Below are positions 39,677 to 49,498 of a stretch of 64,000 nucleotides of DNA, piece after piece. The translations under genes and the position numbers were made by a program. Each line of letters begins with the position of its first letter. The stretch's first letter is position 1. Origin of the DNA: an uncultured Gemmatimonadales bacterium. GTDB lineage: Bacteria; Gemmatimonadota; Gemmatimonadetes; Gemmatimonadales; Gemmatimonadaceae. The DNA lies in the NCBI GenBank assembly GCA_963793305.1, contig CAWBZV010000005.1, forward strand, positions 1,056,001-1,120,000, given 5' to 3'. The notes beneath the pieces were generated by a model. It saw only the letters and a program-made list of their open reading frames with translations, was not told the DNA's origin and searched no databases.

Positions 39677-41254
39677 GTGACTCCAGCAGAATACTGGAAC
39701 CGCGTGACCAATCTGTTTTCGCCCGAATCGGTCCTTCGTTCCGCGCTCGCGCTTGCCCTGTCGGCAGCGCTCTCCGTCGTCCTCACCTATCTCGTACGCC
39801 AGCGCGCCCGGCGCGCCGGTCTCTTCGACCGCGCCGACGCACGGAAGCTGCACGCGACCGAGATCCCGCGCATTGGCGGCGTCGCCATCGTCGCGTCCGT
39901 CGCGCTCACGCTCGCCGTCCTCGCCGGCGTCATCGGACCGAACGCGTTTCTCGAGAAGGGTTCCGGCCTCCTCGTCGTCCTCGGTGGTGCGCTCGCCATT
40001 CACGTCCTCGGATTGTACGACGATCTCTGGCAGGTCCGCGCCCGCTGGAAATTCCTGACGCAAATTCTCATCGCGCTCGCCGTCTACATCCTCGGCGTCC
40101 GCATGACGACGCTGTCGCTGCCGTTCATCGGCATCGTCAATCTGCCGTTCGCCATCAGCCTGGCGTTCACGGTGCTGTGGTTCGTTGGCATCACGAACGC
40201 GTTTAATCTCATCGACGGTCTCGATGGCCTCGCCGCGGGCGCGGCGCTCTTCGCCTTGATGACGATGTTCGTCGTCGCCAGCGCCAACGGCCGCTCCGGC
40301 GCCGCTCTGGTCACCCTGGTATTGGCCGGCGCCACCCTCGGTTTTCTCTATTACAACTTCCACCCGGCGACCATCTTCCTCGGTGACTCCGGCAGCCTGT
40401 TCCTCGGCTTCATGCTCGCCGGCATCGGTCTCTTGAGCGCCCAGAAATCGCCGACGGTCATCGCCGTTGCGATCCCGGTCGTGTCACTCGGCCTCCCGGT
40501 GCTCGACACGTCGCTGGCGATTCTTCGCCGCTTCCTGCGCCGGCAACCGATCTTCTCCGCTGATCGCGGTCATATTCACCACCGTCTCCTCGGCGCCGGC
40601 CGGTCTCCGCGCGCCGTGGTGCTCATGCTGTATGCCGCGTGCGCCGTGTTGGCCTTGTGCGGCATGCTGCTGGTGAACGAGGGCGGCCACGTCGCGTTCG
40701 TGTTGGCGTTGATTGGGGTGGGAGTCCTGTTCACCGTCCAGCGCCTCAAGATTTACGAGTTCGAGGAAGTCGCGCGGCTGCTGCGCATCGGGGCCCGGCA
40801 GCGCCATACGATTGCGCGAGGGGTGAGAGTCAGAGAGGCCAGTGCACGACTGGCTGATTTGAGCGACCTGGGCGAGGTCTTCGACGCGCTCGAGCGGTTA
40901 TTCGCCGAGGACGGCTGCCCGCGAGTCGAGTTGCAGCTGGCCGCGGCGTTTGTGCAGGAGCCCCAGGATCTCGTGCTCTGGTCCTGGTGCCGCGACCCAC
41001 ACGTCGATGCGACCTGGTGGTCGGTGACGCTCCCGCTGCTCGATGCCCGCGGTCGCCGGATGGGCACGCTGCAGTTCTGGCAAGAGGGCGCGCTCACCAA
41101 GAGCGCGCTGCCCCATTTCCACACGATCGCCGGCGAGCTCCGCTCACAGATCGAGTTCAAGGTCCTCACACTCTGGCGCACCGTGCCTCGCACCCGTCGG
41201 CCCACCGGCGAACGTGAGCGCGTCCCGACCGGATCCGGCCCGCGCGTCGCTTGA
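39677..41254 (+). CDS. WecA/TagO-like UDP-GlcNAc:undecaprenyl-phosphate GlcNAc-1-P transferase with soluble C-terminal extension
   Basis: RKLH..PRIGG, GLYDD, NAFNLIDGLDGLA, IFLGDSGS, ADRGHIHHRL. Confidence 0.9.
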   Translation: MTPAEYWNRVTNLFSPESVLRSALALALSAALSVVLTYLVRQRARRAGLFDRADARKLHATEIPRIGGVAIVASVALTLAVLAGVIGPNAFLEKGSGLLVVLGGALAIHVLGLYDDLWQVRARWKFLTQILIALAVYILGVRMTTLSLPFIGIVNLPFAISLAFTVLWFVGITNAFNLIDGLDGLAAGAALFALMTMFVVASANGRSGAALVTLVLAGATLGFLYYNFHPATIFLGDSGSLFLGFMLAGIGLLSAQKSPTVIAVAIPVVSLGLPVLDTSLAILRRFLRRQPIFSADRGHIHHRLLGAGRSPRAVVLMLYAACAVLALCGMLLVNEGGHVAFVLALIGVGVLFTVQRLKIYEFEEVARLLRIGARQRHTIARGVRVREASARLADLSDLGEVFDALERLFAEDGCPRVELQLAAAFVQEPQDLVLWSWCRDPHVDATWWSVTLPLLDARGRRMGTLQFWQEGALTKSALPHFHTIAGELRSQIEFKVLTLWRTVPRTRRPTGERERVPTGSGPRVA

Positions 41255-42078
41255 CCACGGTCCCACGGCTCCACGTATACAGACGTTGACAGGGAGTTGC
41301 GGCACTCGACTGGGCCGAGCTCTGGGAGTATCGCGAGCTCCTGTACTTCCTGGTCTGGCGCGACGTCGAAGTCCGCTACAAACAAGCCGTGCTGGGCGCC
41401 GGCTGGGCCGTGTTGCAGCCGGCGATGGCGATGGTGATCTTTACGATCATCTTCGGGCGGCTGGTCAAGCTGCCAACGGATGGCTCCCCGTACCCCGTCT
41501 TCGTATACGCTGGTCTCCTGCCGTGGACGTTCTTCAGTAACGCGGTATCCACCGCGTCCAACAGCTTGGTCAACAGCGCGAACCTGATTACGAAGGTCTA
41601 TTTCCCGCGCGTGATCATCCCCCTCGCCGCCGTCGGAGCTGGCTTGGTCGATTTCACGGTTGCCTTCGGCCTTCTCATCATTTTGCTGGTGTGGTATCAC
41701 ATCCCACTGACGCCGTGGTTCGCGCTCGTACCGGTGTTCTTGTTCCTGACCATCATTGCGGCGGTCGGGGTGGGCACCATCCTGTCGGCGCTCACCGTGA
41801 ACTATCGCGACTTCCGCTGGGTTCTCCCGTTCGCGATCCAGGTGTGGCTCTACGCGACGCCGGTGACCTACGCCTCGTCCGTGGTCCCCGAGAAGTGGCG
41901 CGTGGCGTTCGGCCTCAATCCCATGGCCGGTGTGGTCGAGGGATTCCGGTCCGCGGTACTCGGGCGTCCGCCGCTCTGGACGCTCGTCGACACGTCGGCG
42001 GTCGTGGCGGTCACGACCCTGGTGCTCGGCCTGGTCTACTTCCAACGGGTCGAGCGGACCTTCGTCGACGTCGTCTGA
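41251..42078 (+). CDS. wzm: ABC transporter permease Wzm (in-frame TGA at 41287-41289, likely sequence error)
   Basis: ELWEYRELLYFLVWRDV.VRYKQAVLG..W, LITKVYFPR, YATPV.Y, LNPM, ERTFVDVV. Confidence 0.88.
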
Positions 42079-42079
42079 C

Positions 42080-43324
42080 GTGACCGACGCTATCGCGGTC
42101 GCCCATCTGACCAAAGAGTACGTGCTCGGCGGTGCATCGGTGAACCGCGACTACCGAACGATGCGCGACGCGCTCAGTGGGTGGATGTCGACCGCGTTCA
42201 CGAAACGCGGCAAGCCGCGCCGGTTCCGCGCGCTCGACGAGGTGTCGTTTACCGTGCCCCAAGGCGCCACCGTCGGCATCATCGGACGCAATGGAGCGGG
42301 GAAGAGCACCCTGCTCAAAGCGTTGAGCCGCATCACCGAGCCGACGTCCGGCACCATTACGATCCACGGCCGGGTGTCGAGCCTCCTCGAGGTCGGCACC
42401 GGTTTTCATCCGGAGCTGACGGGGCGCGAGAATATCTTTCTCAATGGATCGTTGCTCGGGATGCGCCGGACCGAGATCGTCGCCCGATTCGACGAGATCG
42501 TCGCCTTCTCCGAAATCGACGAGTTCCTCGACACGCCGGTCAAACGCTACTCCTCGGGGATGTACGTCCGCCTGGCGTTCGCGGTCGCGGCGCATCTGGA
42601 ACCGGAGATCCTGATTGTCGATGAGGTCCTCGCGGTCGGTGACGTCGCGTTCCAAAAAAAATGCCTCGGCAAGATGGAGGATATCGGACACAGTGGACGT
42701 ACCGTCCTGTTCGTGAGCCACAACATGGCCGCGATCACACGCCTGTGCCCACGGGTCTTGCTCCTGCGCCAAGGCAAGGTGGTCGGCGACGGCAAGGCCC
42801 TCAATGTCGTGAAGCAGTACTTGAGCGAGGGGTCGAGCGGACACGGGCTGGTCACCGAGCTGCTGAACGAGACCCGTCGCGGCGGCAACTACGGCACCGT
42901 TGCCCGCCTGGCGTCGCTCGAGCTCCGGCCATCGGCGACCGCGCCCGAGTTTCGATTCGGCGAAGACTTCCGGCTCCGCATCAGATTCCGCTCGATCGTG
43001 CCCGTGCTGCACGCCGCCGTGGGCATCGGCATTGACGACATGTACAGCAGCCGGCTCATGACGTTCAATAGCGATGAGTCGGGCGTGACGGTCCACACCG
43101 AGCGTGGTGGCGATTATACCATCGACCTGTGCGTCCCACGCCCCTGCCTCAACCCCGGCCGGTATTCGCTGTCGTGCGCTGTCCTGTCCGGCGGGCAGAT
43201 CCTCGATTTCGTGGCCAACGCCACCGCCTTCGATGTCCTGCCCCTCGACGACGCGTCGGGCGCGCACATCGAGCCGACCGAGGGCGCCGGCCCGATCCGG
43301 CTGCCGTGCTCGTGGACCGTCTGA
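42080..43324 (+). CDS. wzt: ABC transporter ATP-binding Wzt with C-terminal carbohydrate-binding domain
   Basis: GRNGAGKST, GFHPELTGRENI, YSSGMYVRLAF, IVDEVLAVGD; C-terminal LNPGRY. Confidence 0.93.
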   Translation: MTDAIAVAHLTKEYVLGGASVNRDYRTMRDALSGWMSTAFTKRGKPRRFRALDEVSFTVPQGATVGIIGRNGAGKSTLLKALSRITEPTSGTITIHGRVSSLLEVGTGFHPELTGRENIFLNGSLLGMRRTEIVARFDEIVAFSEIDEFLDTPVKRYSSGMYVRLAFAVAAHLEPEILIVDEVLAVGDVAFQKKCLGKMEDIGHSGRTVLFVSHNMAAITRLCPRVLLLRQGKVVGDGKALNVVKQYLSEGSSGHGLVTELLNETRRGGNYGTVARLASLELRPSATAPEFRFGEDFRLRIRFRSIVPVLHAAVGIGIDDMYSSRLMTFNSDESGVTVHTERGGDYTIDLCVPRPCLNPGRYSLSCAVLSGGQILDFVANATAFDVLPLDDASGAHIEPTEGAGPIRLPCSWTV

Positions 43325-44402
43325 TGCCCGACGTCGCCTTCGTCATCGAACACCCGTACATCGACGCGCTGGCGTGTTTCCGCGAGCCGATCAAGGCGCT
43401 GGCCGCGCTCGGCTACGGTGTCAACGTCTACCTGCGCTTCACGACCTGGCACCCGGTGCCGACGTTCACCAGCCGCAACATTCGATTCATTCCGATCGAA
43501 CGTCACGCACTCGGGCACGGCCACGCTCGTCACGCAGCTGATCTCGCGCTTCCCGGGCTACGCCGTGATCTTCACGGTGCCCCAATGGTCGCTCCACTGG
43601 ACCTCCATCGCGTCGCGCATCACGCGCACGCCGATCGCCTACATCTCCGACGAGATTCGGACGCACGAGACGCGGCAAAAGGCCCGCGAGCGCCGCGAGC
43701 ATAAACACTGTGCGTTCACGGTGGCGTTGTCCCAAGAGCGGGCCGACTACATCCGCGAACTCAATCGGCTTCCCGCCGACCATCCCATTTACATCGTACC
43801 CAACGCATCCCCGGGTCCTTCGGTTCGAGTGACGAGCCACTACTACCAGGACCAATTTGGCATAGCGCCGGAGCGCCTCGTGCTCCTGCACGCGGGCTCC
43901 ATGGGGTGGAGCCCGGTGGCGGGCCTGGCCAAAGCGGCGGCGGACTGGGGACCCAACCAACCAGCGCTGGTATTCCAGGGCCGGTTGCCGACGGAGATGG
44001 CGTCACTCGAGTCGCGGGGGTCCGTCTGGTTCGCGCAGACCAGTCTCCCGGCCGACCTGCTCAACTACGCGACCTCCTCGGCGCATATCGGGCTCGCCCT
44101 CTACGATGACCAGAAGGCGAACGATCGCCTCATGGGTGTCGCCTCCGGCAAGCTGTGTCTCTACATGCGGAACGCGCTCCCGGTAATCACGACACGGCTC
44201 GACTGCTTCGAGTGGGTGGAACGCGAACGGTGCGGACTCCGCGTGGCCTCGGTCGACGAGATCCCCGACGCGGCCCGCGCGATAGAGCGCGACTACGACG
44301 CGTACGTGTGCAACGTCCGCCGGTACTACGCGGACCATTCTCGACTTCACGCGGACGTTTCCGCCGGTCGCCGCGGCGGTGGACCGGTTGGCCAACCGCT
44401 GA
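43324..44402 (+). CDS. GT-B fold glycosyltransferase (apparent frameshifts near 43500 and 44338)
   Basis: VPNA, LLHAGS, HIGLALY, ASGKLCLYM...PVI; corrected frame ends ...DRLANR* overlapping next ATG. Confidence 0.7.
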
Positions 44403-45325
44403 TGCCCCCCTCCTCCTGCGCGATCCTCGTGCTCAACTGGAACGGGGTCGAGCACCTCCGCGTGCTCATCCCCTCACTCCGTACGGCGGTCGCCACGCTT
44501 GGCGCACCGGTCCCGATCGTCGTCGTCGACAATCGCAGCACCCAGTCCGACGTCGAGTGGCTGCGCCGCGAGTGCCCGGACGTCGAAGCGGTCGTGGCCG
44601 AGCGCAACGACTTTTTGTTCTCGCTCAATCCCGTGGTTGCCGGGCGGTCCGAGGAGGCCATCGTTATCTTGAACAACGACATGCGGGTCGACGCCGACTT
44701 CCTCGCGCCGCTGCTCGCGCACTTCGACGACCCTGGCGTGTTCGCCGCGACAGCCCGCGTCCTGGACTGGGATGGGACCCGCCAGACGACGGGTCAGCGC
44801 CGCATGGCGATTCGGAACTGCTGGTACTACCAGTGGTGGGATCTCGACGTCCGTCGGCCCGTGTATACGCTGGATGCCGGCGGCGGTTGCGCGGCGTTTC
44901 GGCGAACCTTCTTCGTCGAGTTGGGCGGCTTCGATCCGCTGTATCGGCCGGGATATTTCGAGGATGTCGATTTATCCTATCGCGCATGGATGCGCGGTTG
45001 GCGAACCGTCTTTGAGCCTCGCAGCGTGATCTACCACCGCGAGGGCGCGACCCTGCAAGACCGCTCGCGTGAGGCGCGGTTTCGCACGTTGCTCGCCCGC
45101 AACCAAGCGCTATTCATGCTCAAGAACGTGGGCGGTTGGATCTTTGTGCTTGGGTTCCTGGCGCTGGTTCCGTTGCGGCTGTTGCGATCCGACCCGTATA
45201 CGATCCGGGGCCTACTGCAAGCGGCGCCGCGCGCAGCGCGTGCGCTATTTCAACGGCTCGGCCGCAGGCCGCCGGTGATGACGCCCACACAAATCGCGGT
45301 CGCCGCGGGGGCGGCATTGCCATGA
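44402..45325 (+). CDS. GT2 glycosyltransferase
   Basis: LVLNWNG, VVVDN.S, ILNND, GGFD.LY.PGYFEDVDLSYRA. Confidence 0.9.
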   Translation: MPPSSCAILVLNWNGVEHLRVLIPSLRTAVATLGAPVPIVVVDNRSTQSDVEWLRRECPDVEAVVAERNDFLFSLNPVVAGRSEEAIVILNNDMRVDADFLAPLLAHFDDPGVFAATARVLDWDGTRQTTGQRRMAIRNCWYYQWWDLDVRRPVYTLDAGGGCAAFRRTFFVELGGFDPLYRPGYFEDVDLSYRAWMRGWRTVFEPRSVIYHREGATLQDRSREARFRTLLARNQALFMLKNVGGWIFVLGFLALVPLRLLRSDPYTIRGLLQAAPRAARALFQRLGRRPPVMTPTQIAVAAGAALP

Positions 45326-46314
45326 CCGATCGCCCGATCACCGGACGCCGGATCCTGATCACCGGAGGAACGGGTTCCTTCGGCAATCGCGTCGCGTCCC
45401 ACTTGGTCAAATTCAACCCGCAGCGCATCGTCATCTACAGCCGCGATGAAAAGAAGCAGTGGGAGATGGCCCAGCGCTGGCCCGACTTCGACTTCATCAT
45501 TGGCGATGTCCGCGACCCTACGCGGCTCGCCGAAGCGATGCGTGGTATAGACGTCGTCTTCCATGCGGCGGCCCTCAAGCAGGTGCCCTCGTGCGAGACG
45601 TACCCGTTCGAAGCGGTCCTGACGAACACGGTCGGCTCGCAGTTCGTGTGCGAAGCCGCCCTGGCGGCGGGCGTCGAGACCCTGGTCGCGCTCTCCACCG
45701 ACAAGGCCGTCAAGCCGGTGAACGCGATGGGGACGTCCAAGGCCATGATGGAAAAACTGGTCTGTTCGAAAAACCGCGTGAAGCTCGACACCGTGTTCTG
45801 CTGCGTCCGCTACGGCAACGTGATGGGCAGCCGTGGTTCGGTCATTCCGCTGTTTCGGAAACAGATCGAGGCCGGCGGCCCGGTGACGGTCACGGTGCCG
45901 CAGATGACGCGCTTCATGATGACGCTCGACGAGTCAGTCGATCTCGTCGTGCACGCGATGACGCACGCCGAGGGCGGCGAGATTTTCGTGCGGAAGGCGC
46001 CCGCTGCCGCCGTCGGCGACCTCGCCACGGCGATGATCGCGAAGTATGGCAATGGCGCCAAGGTGCAAATCAAAGTCATGGGCATCCGGCCGGGCGAGAA
46101 GCTGGACGAGGTCCTCGTCAACGAGTACGAGATGCAGCGCACCGCCGAGGCCAAAGAGTACTACACGATCTACCCCGAGTACCGGCCGCTCAACATCGTA
46201 CCCAACGTCCCGCTCGGGACCGAGTACACGTCCGCCAACACGCGTCGCCTGACCAACGTCGCGGAGATTGGTGCGCTGCTCGATCGCATGGGCCTCGTCG
46301 AATATTACGTCTGA
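45322..46314 (+). CDS. UDP-GlcNAc 4,6-dehydratase (FnlA/CapE/WbjB-like)
   Basis: ITGGTGSFG, SRDEKKQ, HAAALKQVP, LSTDKA..PVNAMG.SK, RYGNV.GSRGSV, GIRPGEKL.E. Confidence 0.92.
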   Translation: MTDRPITGRRILITGGTGSFGNRVASHLVKFNPQRIVIYSRDEKKQWEMAQRWPDFDFIIGDVRDPTRLAEAMRGIDVVFHAAALKQVPSCETYPFEAVLTNTVGSQFVCEAALAAGVETLVALSTDKAVKPVNAMGTSKAMMEKLVCSKNRVKLDTVFCCVRYGNVMGSRGSVIPLFRKQIEAGGPVTVTVPQMTRFMMTLDESVDLVVHAMTHAEGGEIFVRKAPAAAVGDLATAMIAKYGNGAKVQIKVMGIRPGEKLDEVLVNEYEMQRTAEAKEYYTIYPEYRPLNIVPNVPLGTEYTSANTRRLTNVAEIGALLDRMGLVEYYV

Positions 46315-47111
46315 TGCGGGTGTTCGTTCTGGGCCATCGAGGGATGCTGGGTCATGTCGTGGCGCGCGCGGTCGCCGAGCGAGGCCACGAGGTCGTGACA
46401 TCGAACGAACGGTACGGCGGTGCGCCGCGGGATCCGTTGATCGAAGCGGTTCGGAGCTCCGGCTGCTCGGCGGTCTTGAACTGCCTCGGCTCCACCAAAC
46501 GCCGCGAGCAGGATCTGCCGGAGCTCTACCGCGCGAACGCCCAACTGCCCGCGCACTTGGCCGCGCGCGTGCGCGCCAACCAGCACATTATTCACGCCAG
46601 CACCGACTGCGTGTTCGACGGCCATCGCGGCAATTATCGCGTGGAGGACGAGCCGACGGCCGACGACCCGTACGGTTTCTCGAAGCGGCTGGGCGAGATG
46701 ATCGCCGGCCGCCCGAATGTCACCGTGCTCCGGGTGTCGATCATTGGCCCCGACTATCGGCCCAATACCCGCGGGTTGCTCGCCTGGTTCTTGTCTTCGC
46801 CCACCCCTGTCGAGGGCTATACGAACTGGCGGTGGAACGGGATCACGACGCTCGAGTGGGCCAATGTCGCGCTCGAGGTGATCGAACGGCGCCACCGCGG
46901 CGAGCCGCTCGCCCCGGTGCTCCAACCGGCGACAATGCCGATCTCGAAGTACGAGCTCTTGGTCAAATTCCGCGATGCGTACCGCACGAGACGCGAGATC
47001 GCGCCCGTCGCCGCGCCGACCGCGATCGACCGCACGCTCGTGCCCACCGAGTCGCGTCCGCCCATCGATGAGCAGTTGATCCGCCTGCGGGAGTGGTACG
47101 CCGAGTGCTGA
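46314..47111 (+). CDS. RmlD-like NDP-sugar reductase
   Basis: LGHRGMLG, STDCVFDG, YGFSK, LRVSIIG, WNGITTLE. Confidence 0.85.
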   Translation: MRVFVLGHRGMLGHVVARAVAERGHEVVTSNERYGGAPRDPLIEAVRSSGCSAVLNCLGSTKRREQDLPELYRANAQLPAHLAARVRANQHIIHASTDCVFDGHRGNYRVEDEPTADDPYGFSKRLGEMIAGRPNVTVLRVSIIGPDYRPNTRGLLAWFLSSPTPVEGYTNWRWNGITTLEWANVALEVIERRHRGEPLAPVLQPATMPISKYELLVKFRDAYRTRREIAPVAAPTAIDRTLVPTESRPPIDEQLIRLREWYAEC

Positions 47112-49498
47112 TTCCTGAGCGTCGTCGGGTCGTCATTCTCACCGAAGACTCGAAGCCGGCGCTGGGCGGGATCGCCGAGTACCTCCACCAGCTGGCCTTC
47201 GCGGTGAGCGCAACCCACGATGTGCTCATCGTGAGCAGCGTCCCCGGCGCGGGCCGCATCGTGGTGCCGCCGCCGAAGCGGGTCGAGTATCGCGAGTGGC
47301 ATTGGCACCGCTCCGATCTCCGGTGGCCGGGCGACAGCTTCATGCCGGCCCGGCGTCTCAACACGGCGATCATTCACGCGACGTCGCGCCAGCGCGTGCG
47401 CCGGAAACTGGCGTCGATCGCCGCCGAGCATCCCGATGCGACGTTCGTCCTCGGCCGGGTGAGCGAGGTCACGCACCCCTGGTGCGAGGCCTGTCGCGAT
47501 CTCGGACTCCCGTATCAAGCGATCGGCTACGGCCTCGAGTTTCTGGAAGCGATTCATGCGCGCGGCGCCGCCCGGCGCCAGGCCAACGTCCTCGGCGCCC
47601 GTCACTGGTTCGTGTGCAGCAATGACACGGGCGCGATCCTCGCCGCAATGGGCGTCGATCGCGAGCGCCAAACGCTGCTCACGCCCGGCGTCGATGCGGC
47701 GAGCGTCGCGGCGCCCGATGAGTCGGCGCGTCGGGCGATGCGCGAGCGGCTGCAGCTGGGCGCGGACCCGTTCCTCTTCACGATGTGCATGCTGCGACCC
47801 CGCAAAGGCGTGGATCTCTCCATCCGCGCCTTCGCCGCGGTCGCGGCCGAATATCCCGCGGTGCGCTACGTGATCGCCGGCGGAGGCCCGGAAGATCCGG
47901 CGCTGCGCCGGCTCGCGCGTGAGACGGGGTTCGGCGACCGCATCGTGTTCGCGGGGCCGGTCGACGACGTCACGCGCAATGCCCTGTTCGCCGAGTGCAC
48001 GGCGTTCGTGATGGCGAATCGCCGACTCCCGCAAGACGTGGAAGGCTTCGGCATCGTGTTCTTGGAAGCGGCGCTCCACGGCAAGCCGGCCATCGGCGGC
48101 CGCAACGGCGGCGTCGTGGATGCGATCGAGGACGGCGTCACGGGATATCTCGCCGACACGGTCGATGGCCCCGACGACATCGCCCGGGCGATGCGCCGGC
48201 TGTTGAGTGATCCCGAGACGTCTCGAATCCTGGGTCAACGGGGAAGGGAACGCGCACTACACGACTTTACCTGGCCTCAGCGCGCCAAGACCTTCACGTC
48301 GACCATCGACGAGCTCGCCCAGCGCGCACGGCCGACCCCATACGGCAACGTGGCGGTGACCGCGGAAGCCCGCGTCCTTACTGGGCGTCTCCGTCTGACG
48401 GCAGCGCATCTCACGGCGCTCGCCGGGCGCCAGCGACTCGGCCACGCGCTCAAACGAGGCGCGCCACCGCCGGATCTCAGTGCGGCGCTCCAGAGCCTGA
48501 GCAGCTGGGTCAACCGGGCGTTTGACGCGGGCGGCGGGGGAGGGGCAGCCGCCTCGTATCACCCGGTTCGAGGCTGGGCGCTGCCGTATCCGGAGATCAC
48601 GGGCTATTTCATACCTACACTCCTGGCGACTGGCCAAGCCGAGCGCGCGTACGGCGCCGGACATTGGCTCGCGTCCACGCGTCTGCCGAGCGGCGCGATC
48701 TGCCGGAAGCAGTGGTTCGAGGGGAACACCACGCCGAGCGTGTTCAATACTGGCCAGGTGATCGACGGCTGGTGCACACTGGCCGAGCGCACCGGTGAGC
48801 CCATCTGGCGCGAAGTCGCGCGCGCGGCCGCGGACTGGCTCCTATCGGTGCAGCAGCGCGACGGCAGTTGGCTGCGTTGGACGTACAACGACCTGGCCCA
48901 AACGTACTACACGCGCGTGGCCGGGCCGCTGGCGAGACTGGCCGTGCTCCTCGGCGAGAGCCGCTATGCCGACGCGGCCCACCGCAACGCGAGCTGGGCG
49001 ATGCGACTGCAGGCGCCGGACGGTTGGGTGCATCGCGCGGGATTTGCCGAGCGCGAAGCGCCGACGACGCACACGATCGGCTACGTCCTGGAAGGGTGGG
49101 TGATGGCCGGTCTCGCGCTGCAGGAGCAGCGATACATCGAGGCGGCCGAGCGCGCGGCCCGTGCGCTGCGCGAGTCGTTCGAGCGCAAAGGGTATCTCGC
49201 GGGGCGGTTCCGCACGGGATGGCGTCCGGCGGCCCGCTGGCGGTGTGTGACCGGCGACGCGCAGGTGGGCGTCGTGTGGTTGGCGCTGAGCCGTGCAACG
49301 GGTGATACGCGCTATCACGATGCCGCTCGTCGTCTCGCGGAGCAGGTTCGAATGACGATCGAGGTGCGCGACGACTGGCCGGAGATTTCCGGCGCTGTCC
49401 CCGGGTCCTGGCCCCGGTGGGGGGACTACGATGCGTACAGCTATCCGACTCACGCCGCGAAGTTCGCGATCGATTTGATCACCGGCCTGGGCCCGTGA
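47105..49498 (+). CDS. GT4 glycosyltransferase fused to alpha/alpha-toroid (prenyltransferase-repeat-like) domain
   Basis: N-half EGFGIVFLEA..GKP.IGG..GG..DAI; C-half YPEITGYFIPTL, FNTGQV, QQRDGSW, QAPDGW, THTIGY, TGDAQ, AAKF. Confidence 0.8.
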   Translation: MLIPERRRVVILTEDSKPALGGIAEYLHQLAFAVSATHDVLIVSSVPGAGRIVVPPPKRVEYREWHWHRSDLRWPGDSFMPARRLNTAIIHATSRQRVRRKLASIAAEHPDATFVLGRVSEVTHPWCEACRDLGLPYQAIGYGLEFLEAIHARGAARRQANVLGARHWFVCSNDTGAILAAMGVDRERQTLLTPGVDAASVAAPDESARRAMRERLQLGADPFLFTMCMLRPRKGVDLSIRAFAAVAAEYPAVRYVIAGGGPEDPALRRLARETGFGDRIVFAGPVDDVTRNALFAECTAFVMANRRLPQDVEGFGIVFLEAALHGKPAIGGRNGGVVDAIEDGVTGYLADTVDGPDDIARAMRRLLSDPETSRILGQRGRERALHDFTWPQRAKTFTSTIDELAQRARPTPYGNVAVTAEARVLTGRLRLTAAHLTALAGRQRLGHALKRGAPPPDLSAALQSLSSWVNRAFDAGGGGGAAASYHPVRGWALPYPEITGYFIPTLLATGQAERAYGAGHWLASTRLPSGAICRKQWFEGNTTPSVFNTGQVIDGWCTLAERTGEPIWREVARAAADWLLSVQQRDGSWLRWTYNDLAQTYYTRVAGPLARLAVLLGESRYADAAHRNASWAMRLQAPDGWVHRAGFAEREAPTTHTIGYVLEGWVMAGLALQEQRYIEAAERAARALRESFERKGYLAGRFRTGWRPAARWRCVTGDAQVGVVWLALSRATGDTRYHDAARRLAEQVRMTIEVRDDWPEISGAVPGSWPRWGDYDAYSYPTHAAKFAIDLITGLGP

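Noticed and set aside
41287..41289. TGA recoding (selenocysteine/readthrough) in wzm
   Set aside because: Position is in a non-catalytic N-terminal stretch and fits CGA>TGA at the CRTCG error motif; other genes use TGA as stop.
43418..45325. 635-aa GT-B/GT2 fusion
   Set aside because: An extra T near 44338 bypasses a TGA at 44400-44402 that overlaps the GT2 ATG; these are two genes.
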